Assembly: GCF_018977255.1 (NCBI RefSeq)
Contig: NW_024704756.1
Span: forward strand, 12,586,001-12,650,000
Origin: Callorhinchus milii
Lineage: Eukaryota
Direction: 5' to 3'
Length of the DNA stretch: 64,000 nucleotides
Shown: positions 38,201 through 51,232 of the stretch, one piece after another
Layout: every line of letters begins with the position of its first letter
Numbering within the stretch: the first letter of the stretch is position 1
The notes under the pieces: generated by a model
What the model saw: the letters and a program-made list of their open reading frames with translations, nothing else
Database searches by the model: none
Told to the model about the DNA's origin: nothing
Program-made: the position numbers and the translations under genes

Positions 38201-41200
38201 TTATCATTATTTAATTATTCAAAAGAAGACTTATTGCTGCTAAAATAACTTAAAATAAAACCTGCGTTAAGTATGTTCAGAAATAATATGTTAATATGGG
38301 CTTGAGCGATACTTCCATTAATATAGCTAAGCACATTCTTTTTTCATCTTCCGTGAAGCCCTCAAAATAAAATGGTGATCTAGAATCGAATGTCTTGCAA
38401 CGGAATCAGTACTGACTCAATTTATAAGAATTAACATTCAGAGTAACTGGTCAAAACAGTCAATTCACTTTACAGTATATTCTGTGAAGCGCTTTGAAAC
38501 GTCTCAGACATGATAGGGAACTATATCAAATGCACAGATTATTATTATCTTTCTGGGGCAAAATATTTCATATTCTAAGCACTTCCAAACATTTTCTCTC
38601 CCCCTAGCAAAGACCCACTCCTTTCTTTTTCTATTATCGCTGGTAAGAAAATAATCTTTTCCAGCTTTAGAGTTGACTGCAATTTCCGATCTGCTTCTTA
38701 TTTTGTCTGATTCTCCACCAATAACTTTTTAAATCCATCTTCCAGGTCTTCACTTCAGGGCAGGAGTTCAATCAGTGCAGTATCAGCGCATGCAGCCAGG
38801 CAAACACAAGAGTCCAGCTCAGCAAACATATAGCTATGTGTTGTGCAGTGATGATGACACAAGGCTGTTTGTGGAGAACAATCATTTCACATTACATCCC
38901 AGCCAACCTCCCAAACCAATAAAAACACATCTGAAACTAATTCCACAAACTATTTCAACCCATTTATTTTTTTCTGGCAAATAGTTTTGATTTTAAAAAA
39001 ATTCCTATATTGCGTAACATTGATTGTTGTGAAACAATATGAGATGAATTTGTTCTCGGAATAATACAACACAAGTGGAAGGTCAGCGAAATGGCAGAAA
39101 GTATGTAACCAACCCGTAAGTGAGGAACCATCAGATTGCTCTATATTGGCATTCCAGAACTGTAACTAAGCAAATCATCCAGCAAGGTTTATAATATTTT
39201 TTGTAATCTGTTGTACTGTTTAGCCAAATTCCTGTAAGTAAAGCATTTTCTAACACTCAAAGAGTTATCCTCACTTCACTGAGTTTACTGCCTTCCAAGA
39301 GAGTCGAGAGGTTATCCATACTTGACTGTCTATTCTCTGAGCGCTTTGAGATGTTTTAATGATGTGGTATATCAAATACAAGGATTATTATTATGTTGGA
39401 ATATTGCTCAATATTGCTAGTTATGTCCTACTAAATCTGGGGTGTGTTGAGATGAAAGCACAGATCTTGGAAGGAACAAATTTTGTGACATCCTGTCTTA
39501 CCGGTATACTAAGCATCCAGTTTCCTTTTTAATTATCTTTACCACGTCACCTAGTTCCTTGTTGCAAATATTGGTCTATGTGAGGAATTTTGAGTACCAC
39601 GATATGAGATTACACTTATGATCCCAAAAAGGGATACTTCCTGAAGACACAAGTGAGGAAAATATCCTTTCAGATCATGGCTACAACTGTTTGAGCAGCA
39701 GGACTGCATTTTAAAAGGACAATGTGAAGACTGCCTCAAAGTGCAATGTGTTGGAGATAATTAAAAGTTTAAGGTAATTGCCTTTATTGGGTTCATGCTG
39801 TTTAACACCACTATAAAAAGGCACAGAAATGCCAGCATTAATTACAAATTTGAGTGAATCTGGGGCCTTGGATTAGCATTTATTTTAATTGCTCCTCGCT
39901 CTCCACTTTCTTGAATGCAATTCATCCATAATAATCATTGGGTTGTTGTGACTGCTCATCAATTATACAGAGAAGCAGGATTTTGAGTACTGAATTCACA
40001 AGCATCACTACCCCTGCTCCTGCCAGCATGGGATTTCAATGGATGTTTTGACCTCTAACAGGACTCTCTACGCCTTCAGTAATGCACCTGCAAAGTCTTG
40101 CTTTTTTTTCCATGTTAAACTCTTCCTTTCAAGCAAAACAAGAATACACGCAAGGCACCATAATGAAATCAAAGTGTGTTCATACCGGCTGGTCACATTT
40201 GGTGCCCTCTTGTTGTGGCCCTTTGGTCTTGTTCAAGTGCAAATGAAAGTTATGGCATTACTTTGTTGCCTGGTAATGTTGTATCATATTGGTTTCCATG
40301 TATTCCTTCGTTGTCAATGGCTGAACTAGATAATGTCAAATGGGAGCATTCGTTTCAGCAAAGCTAATGGTGCCATAATTGCCTCCTCTTCAGTCAAGTG
40401 TAAATGTTGCTATTCTTTATGGTTACCAGCTTTCTGACCAGATGTGCGGCATCAAGATTTTTGCCGAAGAACATCACAAATACTTTTAATACTTTGCTGA
40501 AATATGCTGCAATTTGACATTTCCTTTTTACTGACATGATATTTTGTTCGTGAATATGTCGTCCCGTTCCCCCCGACCCTCCGGTCGCCCCCGTTGCAAC
40601 ACATTGAAAATAAAATGCATTCATGCAGAATTGAATTTTGCATTTAATTGCAAGTGACAATGTACGTAATTTAAACATTTGTTTACTTGATCAAAGCCGC
40701 ATACAACTGTTACAGTGGGATTCGAAATGCTTGGTGTAAGGAACCTTATTCATGATGATACTGTATTACATGACTGATCCTGAACGCTATCATAGGGACA
40801 GTCATGACACTATATCATTTAGCATTTTGCTCATTGACTTAAATTCTTCAGGTCTCTTCATACCAGTTTCAGTTCCCTTATTTCAAAGGCACACGCATAT
40901 CAAACCATGGCCTTTTGACACTTTTGTGGCATAGAGCTTTTACTGTCAAGAATGTTATGTTTTTAAATGTTATCCGTGCAACGATATTCAGTAGCTATAA
41001 GGCCAAATAACTCCAGCACAGACCGAGTCAATAGGCGAGATGATTGAAATAACTACAACCAGAAAGTAGTGTTTTGAACAAGACCGCTACTGGAATTGTA
41101 ACTGTTTCTATCCTATATTCATATGAAATGTGCTTTCTTGAGAATGAAAGTTTTGATTCCGAAAAGCAGAGGATTTTTTTTCTGGTTTTGTTTCAATTTG

Positions 41201-41464
41201 TGTGAAAAGGACAAAACAGTAACAATTCCCTGCATTTAAAACCTTGCACAGATTCCTATCACACACAACATACAAGTTAAAATGTTATAATATTTTAAGC
41301 AACTCTCTTCCAGAAATTCACTGTAGATTGAAGTACTGTATTTTAATCTTAGCGTTGATGTTATAGGGATGAAGATATTGGGTTTACTGCTTGTTTTTAA
41401 TATTTAAATAAATAATTCAGTTTCTTATTTAATATTTCAAACTGTCCATTAATTGTTATCGGCT

Positions 41465-41862
41465 TCACCGGCTCTCAGCGTAAAGATTTCAAGATCCTCA
41501 TTCTCACTTTCAAATGCCTTCATGGCTTCAACCCACCTTACCTCCCCCCCACAATCCCGTGATCATTCTACCCTCACTCCCTCCACTCATCAAGCACTGG
41601 CCTTTTAAGACATTCAAATACAAGTACTTTTCTGCCCTCGCTCTCTGGAAATCCATTAGAGTCCCTCCGTTTTGCCTCTTCCCTGTCCTTCAAAACTACC
41701 TTAAGGTCTATCTTTTTCAACTGTGCTTTCAGGCACAATCTGCCCCCCTCCGCAGTTACTTTTTACTCAGCTACCACCACCCTCAGCTCGACCCTGCCAG
41801 TCAGCTATGTGAAGCACTGTGAGATGTCCTCCCAAAGTGAAAGGCGTTATGTAAATTGTTGT
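41465..41862 (+). mobile_element. L2-type LINE 3' fragment, degraded
   Basis: FKILILTFK-like codons, ctctggaa...cttcaaaactaccttaag and the L2-type tail. Confidence 0.7.
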
Positions 41863-44800
41863 ATCAATTGGAAATGTATTGAATTTTATTATATTAAGAA
41901 AACATAAGCCACACAATGATGACTAAAAACACAACACATTCCATATGTACATCATGCTCCATCCAAGTGCAATGGGTTCAATTCAACTTGCCTCACTTGA
42001 AGCAGCACCACTTATACATGTGATGTGGAGTGGGAGAGATGATAAACTGCTAGACCTTGCTTCTTGTTGTTTGAATTTTTTGTGTGATCCTGTATGCACT
42101 GTTTTCAATTAAACTATATGATTTGTTGTGTGTGTGTGTGTATATATATATATTTAAAATATTGAACATCTGTAGTCTCCCCTTAAACACAGGCATATAT
42201 GGAGGAGAGGTAAGGTAAGCAGCCCAAATCACCATTATTTTGAGTTCCTTGATCCGCTGGGGTTTCTGTAATATTAAATCCTACATTTTGGTGGTTTGTT
42301 TTGTAAATGACACATAATGCCATTTGTAGAGTGATCCATTAGTCTACTGGATAGAGCAAAGACATTTTGGATGTTCTGATTACTGGGACCCATTCAAAGA
42401 ATTAATGAGCTATCTAAACGTCTCCTAAATTTTGATTCCAATATCCGGACGGGGAAAGCAATTTTGGTGTGCATGAAACTATCAATGTAACAATAATCAG
42501 TCTTGTACACACAATAAAAATTGGACTTCAAAGATATCATTAGTCCCTCGATCATATGAAATTTGCCCAGTCCTTATAACTGTTAACAATCTATGGCTCC
42601 AGTCTCAAGTACATCAAATATCACACAGATGAATAAACCTCAATGATTGAACAAAAAGCAGAGAGCAGTATAAAATACAATTCTGAGCTATTGATGTTCT
42701 GAGAGCGTTTGGTTCAAACTTAAATGCAGGTTTGTGATTGTGAAGGGGTTTATGGTATATTATGAAGAAACATTTACCTCTCCCAGCTCCCGGCCCACTT
42801 CCCCTGAGTGGATTTTTACCTCTAAACAACACCCTTTAGCTTAGATGGCAGATCAGTGAACTAAAAACTAACACAGTATGTGATCAGAAGAAGACCAATC
42901 AGTCTATGGAGTGCACTGGCTTGTTGGATCAGTTTTCCTTAGCCTAAAAGAATATCCACTTCTGCTGGGACACAGAGAAGCAGTGACTGTACTCATTGCT
43001 TATTGTGACTAATGCATTAACGGTTTCATAGGGGAACTGCCAGCCAGAGTAACCAACCAAGACAAGTGACTTTAACAGTTGTGCTACCAAGACAACAGGT
43101 TTTCTTCAATAAAAATTTTAACTGATCTCTGTTTGGCAACAAATTGGTGGAAGAATAATTGCAAAATAATTGGAATATTCATTTACCTATGGGGGGGGTG
43201 GGGTGGCAGGAATGTATTTTACTTGCTACCTCACAGTCAAAACATTTTCTAGTGATAATATGCCTATTATCAAAATTAGTGTTCAACCAACTGAGAAAAG
43301 ACGAGCCATTAAAGACGTTATGGTTGAGCAAATTGACATCAACTACATCTTAATGCACACAGTGCATTAGCAAAAGAACACCAATGAATGAGACATTTTC
43401 TGATGCCTCTGTCAATTTGTCACCCATGTGCAGTCAGGAATGTGCCCAAGCTCTGAATGCAGGACTAAACAAATAAATAAATTGCAATTTTATCTTTGTT
43501 GATTGCCCATATTGTAAATGCTGAGGATGTTGTTAGTATTCAGTAAGTGGTGTAAGGGGTAATTTGCTGATAGTTAATTCCTTTTGGTCACAGATTCATC
43601 TGTCTCAAAGTCATCTCCTGCAGTGGGGACAAATAGAACTATCAGAAAAGAAATGAAGCATGATAATAGAGCAAGGTGGAAAAGACCAGCGAAGTGGACC
43701 TAAATAGGGCATATGTCACAAATACATGGTGACCGGGGATGCTAAATATTTGATTTTGTGGTTACTTTTCTAACAATGGTTTATGTAACGTAATCATTTG
43801 CGATTTATTTTTCCACACAATTACTGTTTCACTAAACAGGTTTCCCAGGTTAATGAAGTTTGAAATGTTTACGGAGAGAGTAACTGGAAGCTTTTCAGTG
43901 GCATTCGAAGGTGCAATGACAACCTTTGTGTGCTTAAAGGGACGAATGTTCTGTCTGCCTGTCAGCTGTTGTGTTGGACCATTGTGGATGAAACAAAGAT
44001 CACAAACCAGCAGCACCTGAATCAAAAGGCATAACAACTCAATCTTGCCACTCAACTACACAAACATTGTTGTCCAAATATCAGTAAAAGTATGTGGGTA
44101 ACTACTCAGAACAACCATATGTTACTTGTACTTATGTCCATTTGTGTATGGAGACACTGCAACATAGTGCTCTTTAATGACAATATTGATTGACTTGGCA
44201 AAGATGATTAAAGTATTAATTTCCCTGGATGATATAAAGGAAGAGCAATAGAGTATTCATGTCGCAAACATTATACAACCAATGTATTGACCTGACCATG
44301 ACACACAATGAAGGGAATATCAGCGAACTATCTGGGGAGGCTATGTTAACTGGCATCTCTCCTACATGTGCCACCTCCTGGGGCAGAGTTTTGTAGGAAA
44401 TTTACAACTTTTGTTTTGTTTTTCTTGTACAGTATTAACACATCACTTATTATGCTTCCAAAATAAACCGTGGGACTGCTGCACTGATAGAGGTTATACA
44501 AAACTGAAATGCAATAGATATATGATAATCTAATGATTTTAAGAAATGACATCAACTGTATCTGTTTTGTGACATTGTGGCTTGCACTTTGATCAATATC
44601 CAAAATCACATTCTTTCTCAGAATTGGACTCATTTGTTTTCCCAACAGGTTCTACCAGTTTCCAATTACAAAAATGCCCCCCCAATGGGCTGAATTTCTG
44701 TTCAATTTGCAGTGCAGTTAAATAGACTCTGCAGCATGATGTGAAAAGCATTCATCAGTGATGTATATTCTGTGAAATGTTTTGAGACATCTCAAAGATG

Positions 44801-44976
44801 TGAAAAGTGCTAAATCAAATGCAAAGATTGTTTTTTTTATGTAAATTAAATACCAGATCCTATTCTCTCCTCCCTGCCAGTATTGACAGTGTTTCTGCAC
44901 TGTACCATTGCCGAGAGGGAAGACTTGGATCACAAAATGCGCATTATTCAAACATGGGAGTTCTTCTCCCTCATTA

Positions 44977-45300
44977 TCCAAACCAAACAGATTTCCATGA
45001 ATCCCAACCGCCACATAGAAATCCCAGAGAGTTTGTTGGAATGGAATGCACACTGTCTTCCTGGAGGGATGCGTCCTGCCTGCCTAATCCCGGAGAGTAA
45101 TAGGCGCAGGTTGGTAATAGCCAAGGCTTGAGGACCCTACAGTGTATGTTGGGGTACTGCTGATACATTGGGGTGGCAGCTAAAACTACATAGCTTGCCA
45201 TTGAGACCAGTGCCTGGCAAGCTTTCCCTCTCCATGTCCAGCTAGGACTACCCTCCCTGTTAGGACTTTGGCTTGCAGGGTTAGTGAGAGCTGAGTGTGA
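44977..45300 (+). repeat. Unclassified dispersed repeat, copy B (pairs with 6545-6855)
   Basis: See copy A. Confidence 0.75.
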
Positions 45301-48002
45301 AGAGTCCCTGCCCCAATGACTGGTTGAGGTGAGGGGATTATGGGGGAAGAGAAGAGTCTCCCATTTCTTCTTTGAATCCTGGCTGGTTATATGCCCATCT
45401 TCTTTGATGTTCCTACCCTACTGCAGTGATAACATTAGAATCAGAACATTGTGTAGAAAGAAATCGAGTGATTCCTCAATAAGATGAAATAGGTATTGAC
45501 GTTCTTGAAACATGACAGACCAGTGCTCCTTGGTACACTAATGATGCGGTCCCATTAATTCAATTCTAATCACCCTCTTAGCACAAGAAAAGAGACACTA
45601 ATACCAGCAGGAATACTGGTACAATAACAGCACACAATTCACTGATTTGGGGAAACATTCCATAAATCCCAGCACTTGTCTTATACATTCTTTATACCAG
45701 TTGTACAGCTGGATGGGATATAGAATTGCTGCCTTTTTGTTGAATATTTAATTTGTATAGAAAGGAAAATAATTTGAGGAAATGTGCGCAGAAACATTTC
45801 ATTTTTCTTTTATTACCGCTAGATCCTGAAGTTCCATTTGGTGATATTGCTGCTTTGTCCTGTCTTTAGTGTTGATACATCTTTTCCAGTTTTCTGTTCT
45901 CTATTGGAAGTACTGCTTTATTTGGTACTTACCTTCTCCCTCAGCCAAACCTGATGCTATTCAAATCCAACATCCACATAGACCACACTTTCCACCAGGA
46001 TTTTTCTTCTCTACCCTGAGAGCTCTCAATCTAATAAACCCAATTGAATTCTCGATTGCTTGAAGCTCCAAGAGTTTGAAGCATTCACAATATTGTGCTC
46101 TTGATGCTGGCTATTTTTGTTACAGGTTTATTGTTTGAACCTCGCAGTGCAACATTAAATCGGTTAATATTAATATTCCCATTATATTTATCCATCTTGA
46201 AAAATGTAGCTCTTGTAATAGTAATAGAATTATTCAAAAAGTAATTAAATTTTGAGAACGCCCTGCTGTGAGACGAGTGCAATTTATATTAATGTGGGAG
46301 GAAGTTTCTTGGTTCTCGTCAAGTGAAACTTACAATCTGATTTGCAGTGATTTAATGATTTTCTTGGTGCTATCGTACTGTGGGCAATTTGTCTCCATTC
46401 AAGTATCTGAATGGGTCTGGCTGTTGTTGCTCTATATTCATTCCTGGAATTAAAAACTCCTTGTAATGACCACGCAGGTGCAGATAAATTTGGCTTTGGT
46501 CCAGAGTATAAAAAAGCACAATAGGGGTTCTTTTATAGTGATCTGCATTCAGATTTATAGCCTATTTCCAATAACTGTTGCTTTTGTTTAAGGCGTTGTC
46601 AAAAGAAAAGGGGTTTGATCACTAATCTTGTCCTGAAAGGAGCCAGAATCCAAACTACATACTTCAAAAAATTAAATTCTGCTTGAAAACATCTCAGTGT
46701 CTACAGATTTTCTTGTTTTAGGGGCTTGCTGTGCTTATAATGGCCCCAGACACCTGGCTTCATTCTCTTTTAAAAAAAATAATTCTCAAACCTGATTTTT
46801 TCCTTTTTTTTACATATAGAGGATTTATATTGTCTTAGGGAATTGATGGCAACTTTTAAAGTTACTTTCGTTGATTGTGTTATGAATTACATTGGATAAT
46901 CGTTGATTCTTAAAAAAAAGAGAAAATGTTTAGTAGCCGTCAACTATCCTTCAGCAACTCTTTACTGTGGCAGCTTCATGATACTATGATGCCATGCTAT
47001 AGGCAGAGTGGGCAGTCAATTAATGCAGTCTCTTCAACTTTAAATATATAGGCATATGTTCCTGTATTAAATGCTTCGGGACCCTACCCTGCGCGAAGGG
47101 CGCTATTTAAATGCAAGTTGTTGTTGGTGTTGTATTATGAAAACAGATTGATTTTGTCTTTCTGAAACAAATTCCAATCATAGGCTTAAAAAAAAATGTT
47201 GTCCCTGTCCCATACCGATTACCCAGATTTATATTAGCTCAGATTATATTCTGTAAAAGCAGATCCCTCTGTTGAAAACCCAACAGGTTGTACTCATCAT
47301 TGTTGACCCACCAGCGAAGGTACCAGTCAAAGTACATTTCATAAATATCGAACATGGATACCCAATCGTAATTAACAGATCCGAGGGACATCCGATTAAT
47401 TTCCTCCTTATCGCCACCTGTCAAAACTAAATGTGTCCCCTCAGTATTATAGTACAATTGTTCCAATTACGGTTCATGATGTTGCCATGGAAATGAATTC
47501 TCCAATTAAGTTGCTGTTCCAATTCCCCATAAACTACAGTCTCCAGAATGGCTGTGAGAACCAAATGCACATCTATGATGTCACAGTTACACACTTATAC
47601 ACAAAGATGTCTGAATACACAAACGTGAAGCAATGAAAAAAACAATTGTGGCCTTTTGTTTCAATACAATATTTGCACAGGAGCCGAAAAACTATTAGTT
47701 ATTTTATTTCGAATATTGTATCACACGCACTTAAAGAAGATTAGAGAGCTTCTTTCAACAACAACAACAACAACAAGATTCCATTTATAAAGCGCCTTTC
47801 ACGTCAGGAGGACGTCCCTTTCAAGCAGGAATTGAAAAATAGTCTTCCTGGTTGGGACCGTAGCAAATGATGAGAAATAACTTTCAACAGTAGAGCAATT
47901 CAGAGCAGGAAGTGTGATTTACACTTCCTGCTGTCAATCATTCTCTCCCAGGGCTGAGCAGAATTGAGCATCCTATTAATGTCATAATTTATGGCATAAT
48001 TT

Positions 48003-48400
48003 CAGCCTGGACCAGTTAAAAAAAGCTCTCAACTCTGAGTTAGAAGGTTGTGGGTTCAAGCCACAGGTTGAGCATTTGAGCTCATAGTCTGCTCAGACAC
48101 TCCATTGCAATACTGGGTTGAATGAACCATCTGCTTGTTTAGATGCATGTTAAAGATCCCCGTACACTACTTGAAAAGGGAAGGGAATTTCTCCCAATAT
48201 CTTGGCCAGCAATCTGCCAGATAAAATTGATCATTCACTTCATTGTTGCTTGTGGGATGTTGCTGTGGGCAAATTGGCTGCTGCATTTACCTACAAAATA
48301 CCTAGCCATTGGATTCTACAGTAAATCCTGTTAAGTGTTTTCAGACGTTCTGCTGATTTGATAAGGCACTATATCAAATGTAACTATTACAGTATTTATT
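48003..48400 (+). mobile_element. Deu-domain-type SINE, degraded
   Basis: ctctgagttagaaggttgtgggttcaag...tgttaaagatcccc...cttggccagc...gtgggatgttgctgtg...gataaggcactatatcaaatg. Confidence 0.7.
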
Positions 48401-50999
48401 ATTTTTAAGTACATGCACTAATAGATACTGGGCCCTCAAAAGCTCTCAGGTGTTCCATTTAAATCACAGTGGTGCAAATCAATGTTCTGCCAACAGCAGC
48501 TTATCAAGATTCACTTTCAGGTTTCAGCTCAAACATGATATAAAAAAAAGCACTCTAAAGAGAACAAACTAAATTTGGCATCATTCAACCAACTTTGACT
48601 TAATGGATTCTAAGAACTTTTTTATGATTGATTTGGTATTGATTTCCTGGTTGTAAGACACATAAAATGCAATATACCTGCACACAGAATGAATGTTAAA
48701 TACAATGTACATTGGATGGCAAGTGAGTAATAATACCATTTTATATACTGTCAAAGAAAAGTTCATTGTTGTCCCAAACACATCACTTCACCTTATACAA
48801 AACTGCATTTGAGATGTATTTCCATGTAATAAATAACAATAGTAATAATAAACAAAAGTAATGATATCCATAATTGTGAACTACTAAACAGTTTAGTTAT
48901 TTATTTTTGAAAAAAACTGTCTTTAGGACAGGTTTTCTAAACTATTATTGTATTTAGCCATCAGCACCAACATATATGAGGAGTTCACAGTCCATATTAC
49001 TGAACGCAAATTTAGCAGTTCTCTTAGAAACATGACCAATGTGGATTCTACTGATTATGTTGTTTTCTTCATACATGGAGATTATCATAACAGCCCAGAA
49101 TTAGGTTTATTCAAATGCGTGTTCTAACAAGGCGGAGGATGTACAATTTTCACCTATTAATGATATTGACAATTCTCCAACTACTGACTGCACTACCCAT
49201 TCTGGGAAACATGTAAGAAACAAAATACAGTAATTGGAAACAAAGACTTTTTGTTTGCTATCCAATGATCTCCAGCTGGTAAAAGATATCCATGGGAATA
49301 TGAGATGTGGACAGAATTGGGCTTGGGTGTGATGTACTCCCAGTCGACCATCCTATTGATATTCACTGTATATTGTAGTTCACGCATATTGAAAAGTCAC
49401 TTGGGTATGGTAATGAAGAGTTACCAGTGCTTCAAGAATTGAACCTTAGTATGCGCCAATGCCTCAAGGAGAGAGATGGCGAATAGGTGGAGGGGAAGAA
49501 GGAGATGCCATGGAATCTAGTTGTATTTCAGCAATTGTTGAAGATTTCTGCCCTTTGCCTGTGTGTCGTGACCAAAAGGGTTATGCAAGGGAGATTGCTA
49601 ATCTACACCAAAACCGATAATTACATTCTCCCTGTATTTTTTTATTGCACTGACTTGAATTAAGTATGCTGTGATGTGATTTTTTTTTTAAAAAAGACAT
49701 TGAATATAAAACTAATTTCTGTGCCAGACATAAGTCAAAATATTTTAAAGCATACAAAAAACCCACTTATTTTCACATAATCGCTTTCTTACCTCCATTC
49801 CTCCTCGCATCAAGAACACAGCGTTATTGACTCTAGATGGCTGCAAAAAAAATGGGCAATGCTTATTGGATGCATATTGCAATGTATTTAAAGTGTTTGC
49901 TTTGGCTGCCACACTGCTGGTAGAGGGAAATAGCCGTTTTGTGCTCTGAAGGAAGTCACCAGGATTTGTATCAAAGCCAGGGGAGACAAAAATCAGGGCC
50001 ATTATGTTTAATTGTGTAATCAATTAGAAACAAAATAAGAATTGTAATTTAACATCTGCATAAATAAATCCTTGATGTGTTGCACAATGAATTAATTAAA
50101 AATGCCGTTTGCTATAAAATAATTTCTTATGCAATATTCATGAACACAGTCTAAATTACCCCCATAATCATCGCCTTCTCTCAATTCCATGTCTATTTAT
50201 GTATTTACAACATGTTAGTTTGCCCTGCAGCTGGATTAAGGGACACTAAGGGAATCAAAGCTGTTATCATGGGACAAAGCTTTTCTGGGGAAGATAATTA
50301 TTTTAAATGCTCCACCTGCAGAGACATCAGTTAGAATTTGAATTGGGTAAATGAAGCATTGCAGCAATGCCGACCCATCCACGCAAGACACCAGGCAGAA
50401 GTGTATGAAAATAATAGCATTAAAATTATCCTTCACAAAACTGTAGAGTTCCAATATTCAGATCCCTCACTGCATTTCACTACCAGTTGACTGGCGGATG
50501 TATGTTATCTAAGCATCATCCAACACCAACTCATCAACAGTGTTTCTTTACATCACCACGTGAGCCCCTTTCCGGGGTAAGAAATTGTTCCTATTCATCT
50601 TAAGTTTATATCCTAGGATATCCGCTCATTGATAGTTCAAAATTGTTCAGGCAATATCATTGTATTATGGTAGCTTTCCTTTCTTGGATTTTTGGGTTTG
50701 CTTTATTCCTAGTTTGTTTAAAATTTGCACGGTCCCTTGCATAGAATAATAAGAACAGGGGACAGCTGGAAATATAAAATACATAATCTGGACTCAACAA
50801 AAATTGAGCAAAAGGAAAAGTAGTGTTGACATACATGCAGAAAACTATATGGTGCTTCACCAGAGGAGAACATCCTTCTATCAGATATGTATTGAATATC
50901 AGTTTTGTTCATTGTTTGTCAGTTTAACTTGGTTGGTACCATTCTTACTAGAAAAGATTTTGGTTCAAACAACAATAATCATTCAATTTGGAGATTGTT

Positions 51000-51232
51000 A
51001 GCATTGGAAGAAACTCCCTTCTCTTTTTGAATAGTATCATAGAATTTGTCTTCTCTATCTGAACAAGCGGGTGGCATTTTGGTTTAATCATCATCGTAAA
51101 GATTGCATCATTGAAAATGCAGCACTCCCCTAGTTGTGTACTGGAGTGTTAGTCTAGATTCTGAGCTAAAGTCCTGACATTAGCTTGAACCAACAACCTC
51201 ACAGAGAGACAAGAGTGCTACAAATTGAGGCA
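51000..51232 (-). mobile_element. Deu-domain-type SINE fragment, inverted
   Basis: Reverse complement gives ctcaatttgtagcactcttgtctctctgtgaggttgttggttcaag...acactccagtaca...gagtgctgcatt. Confidence 0.55.
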
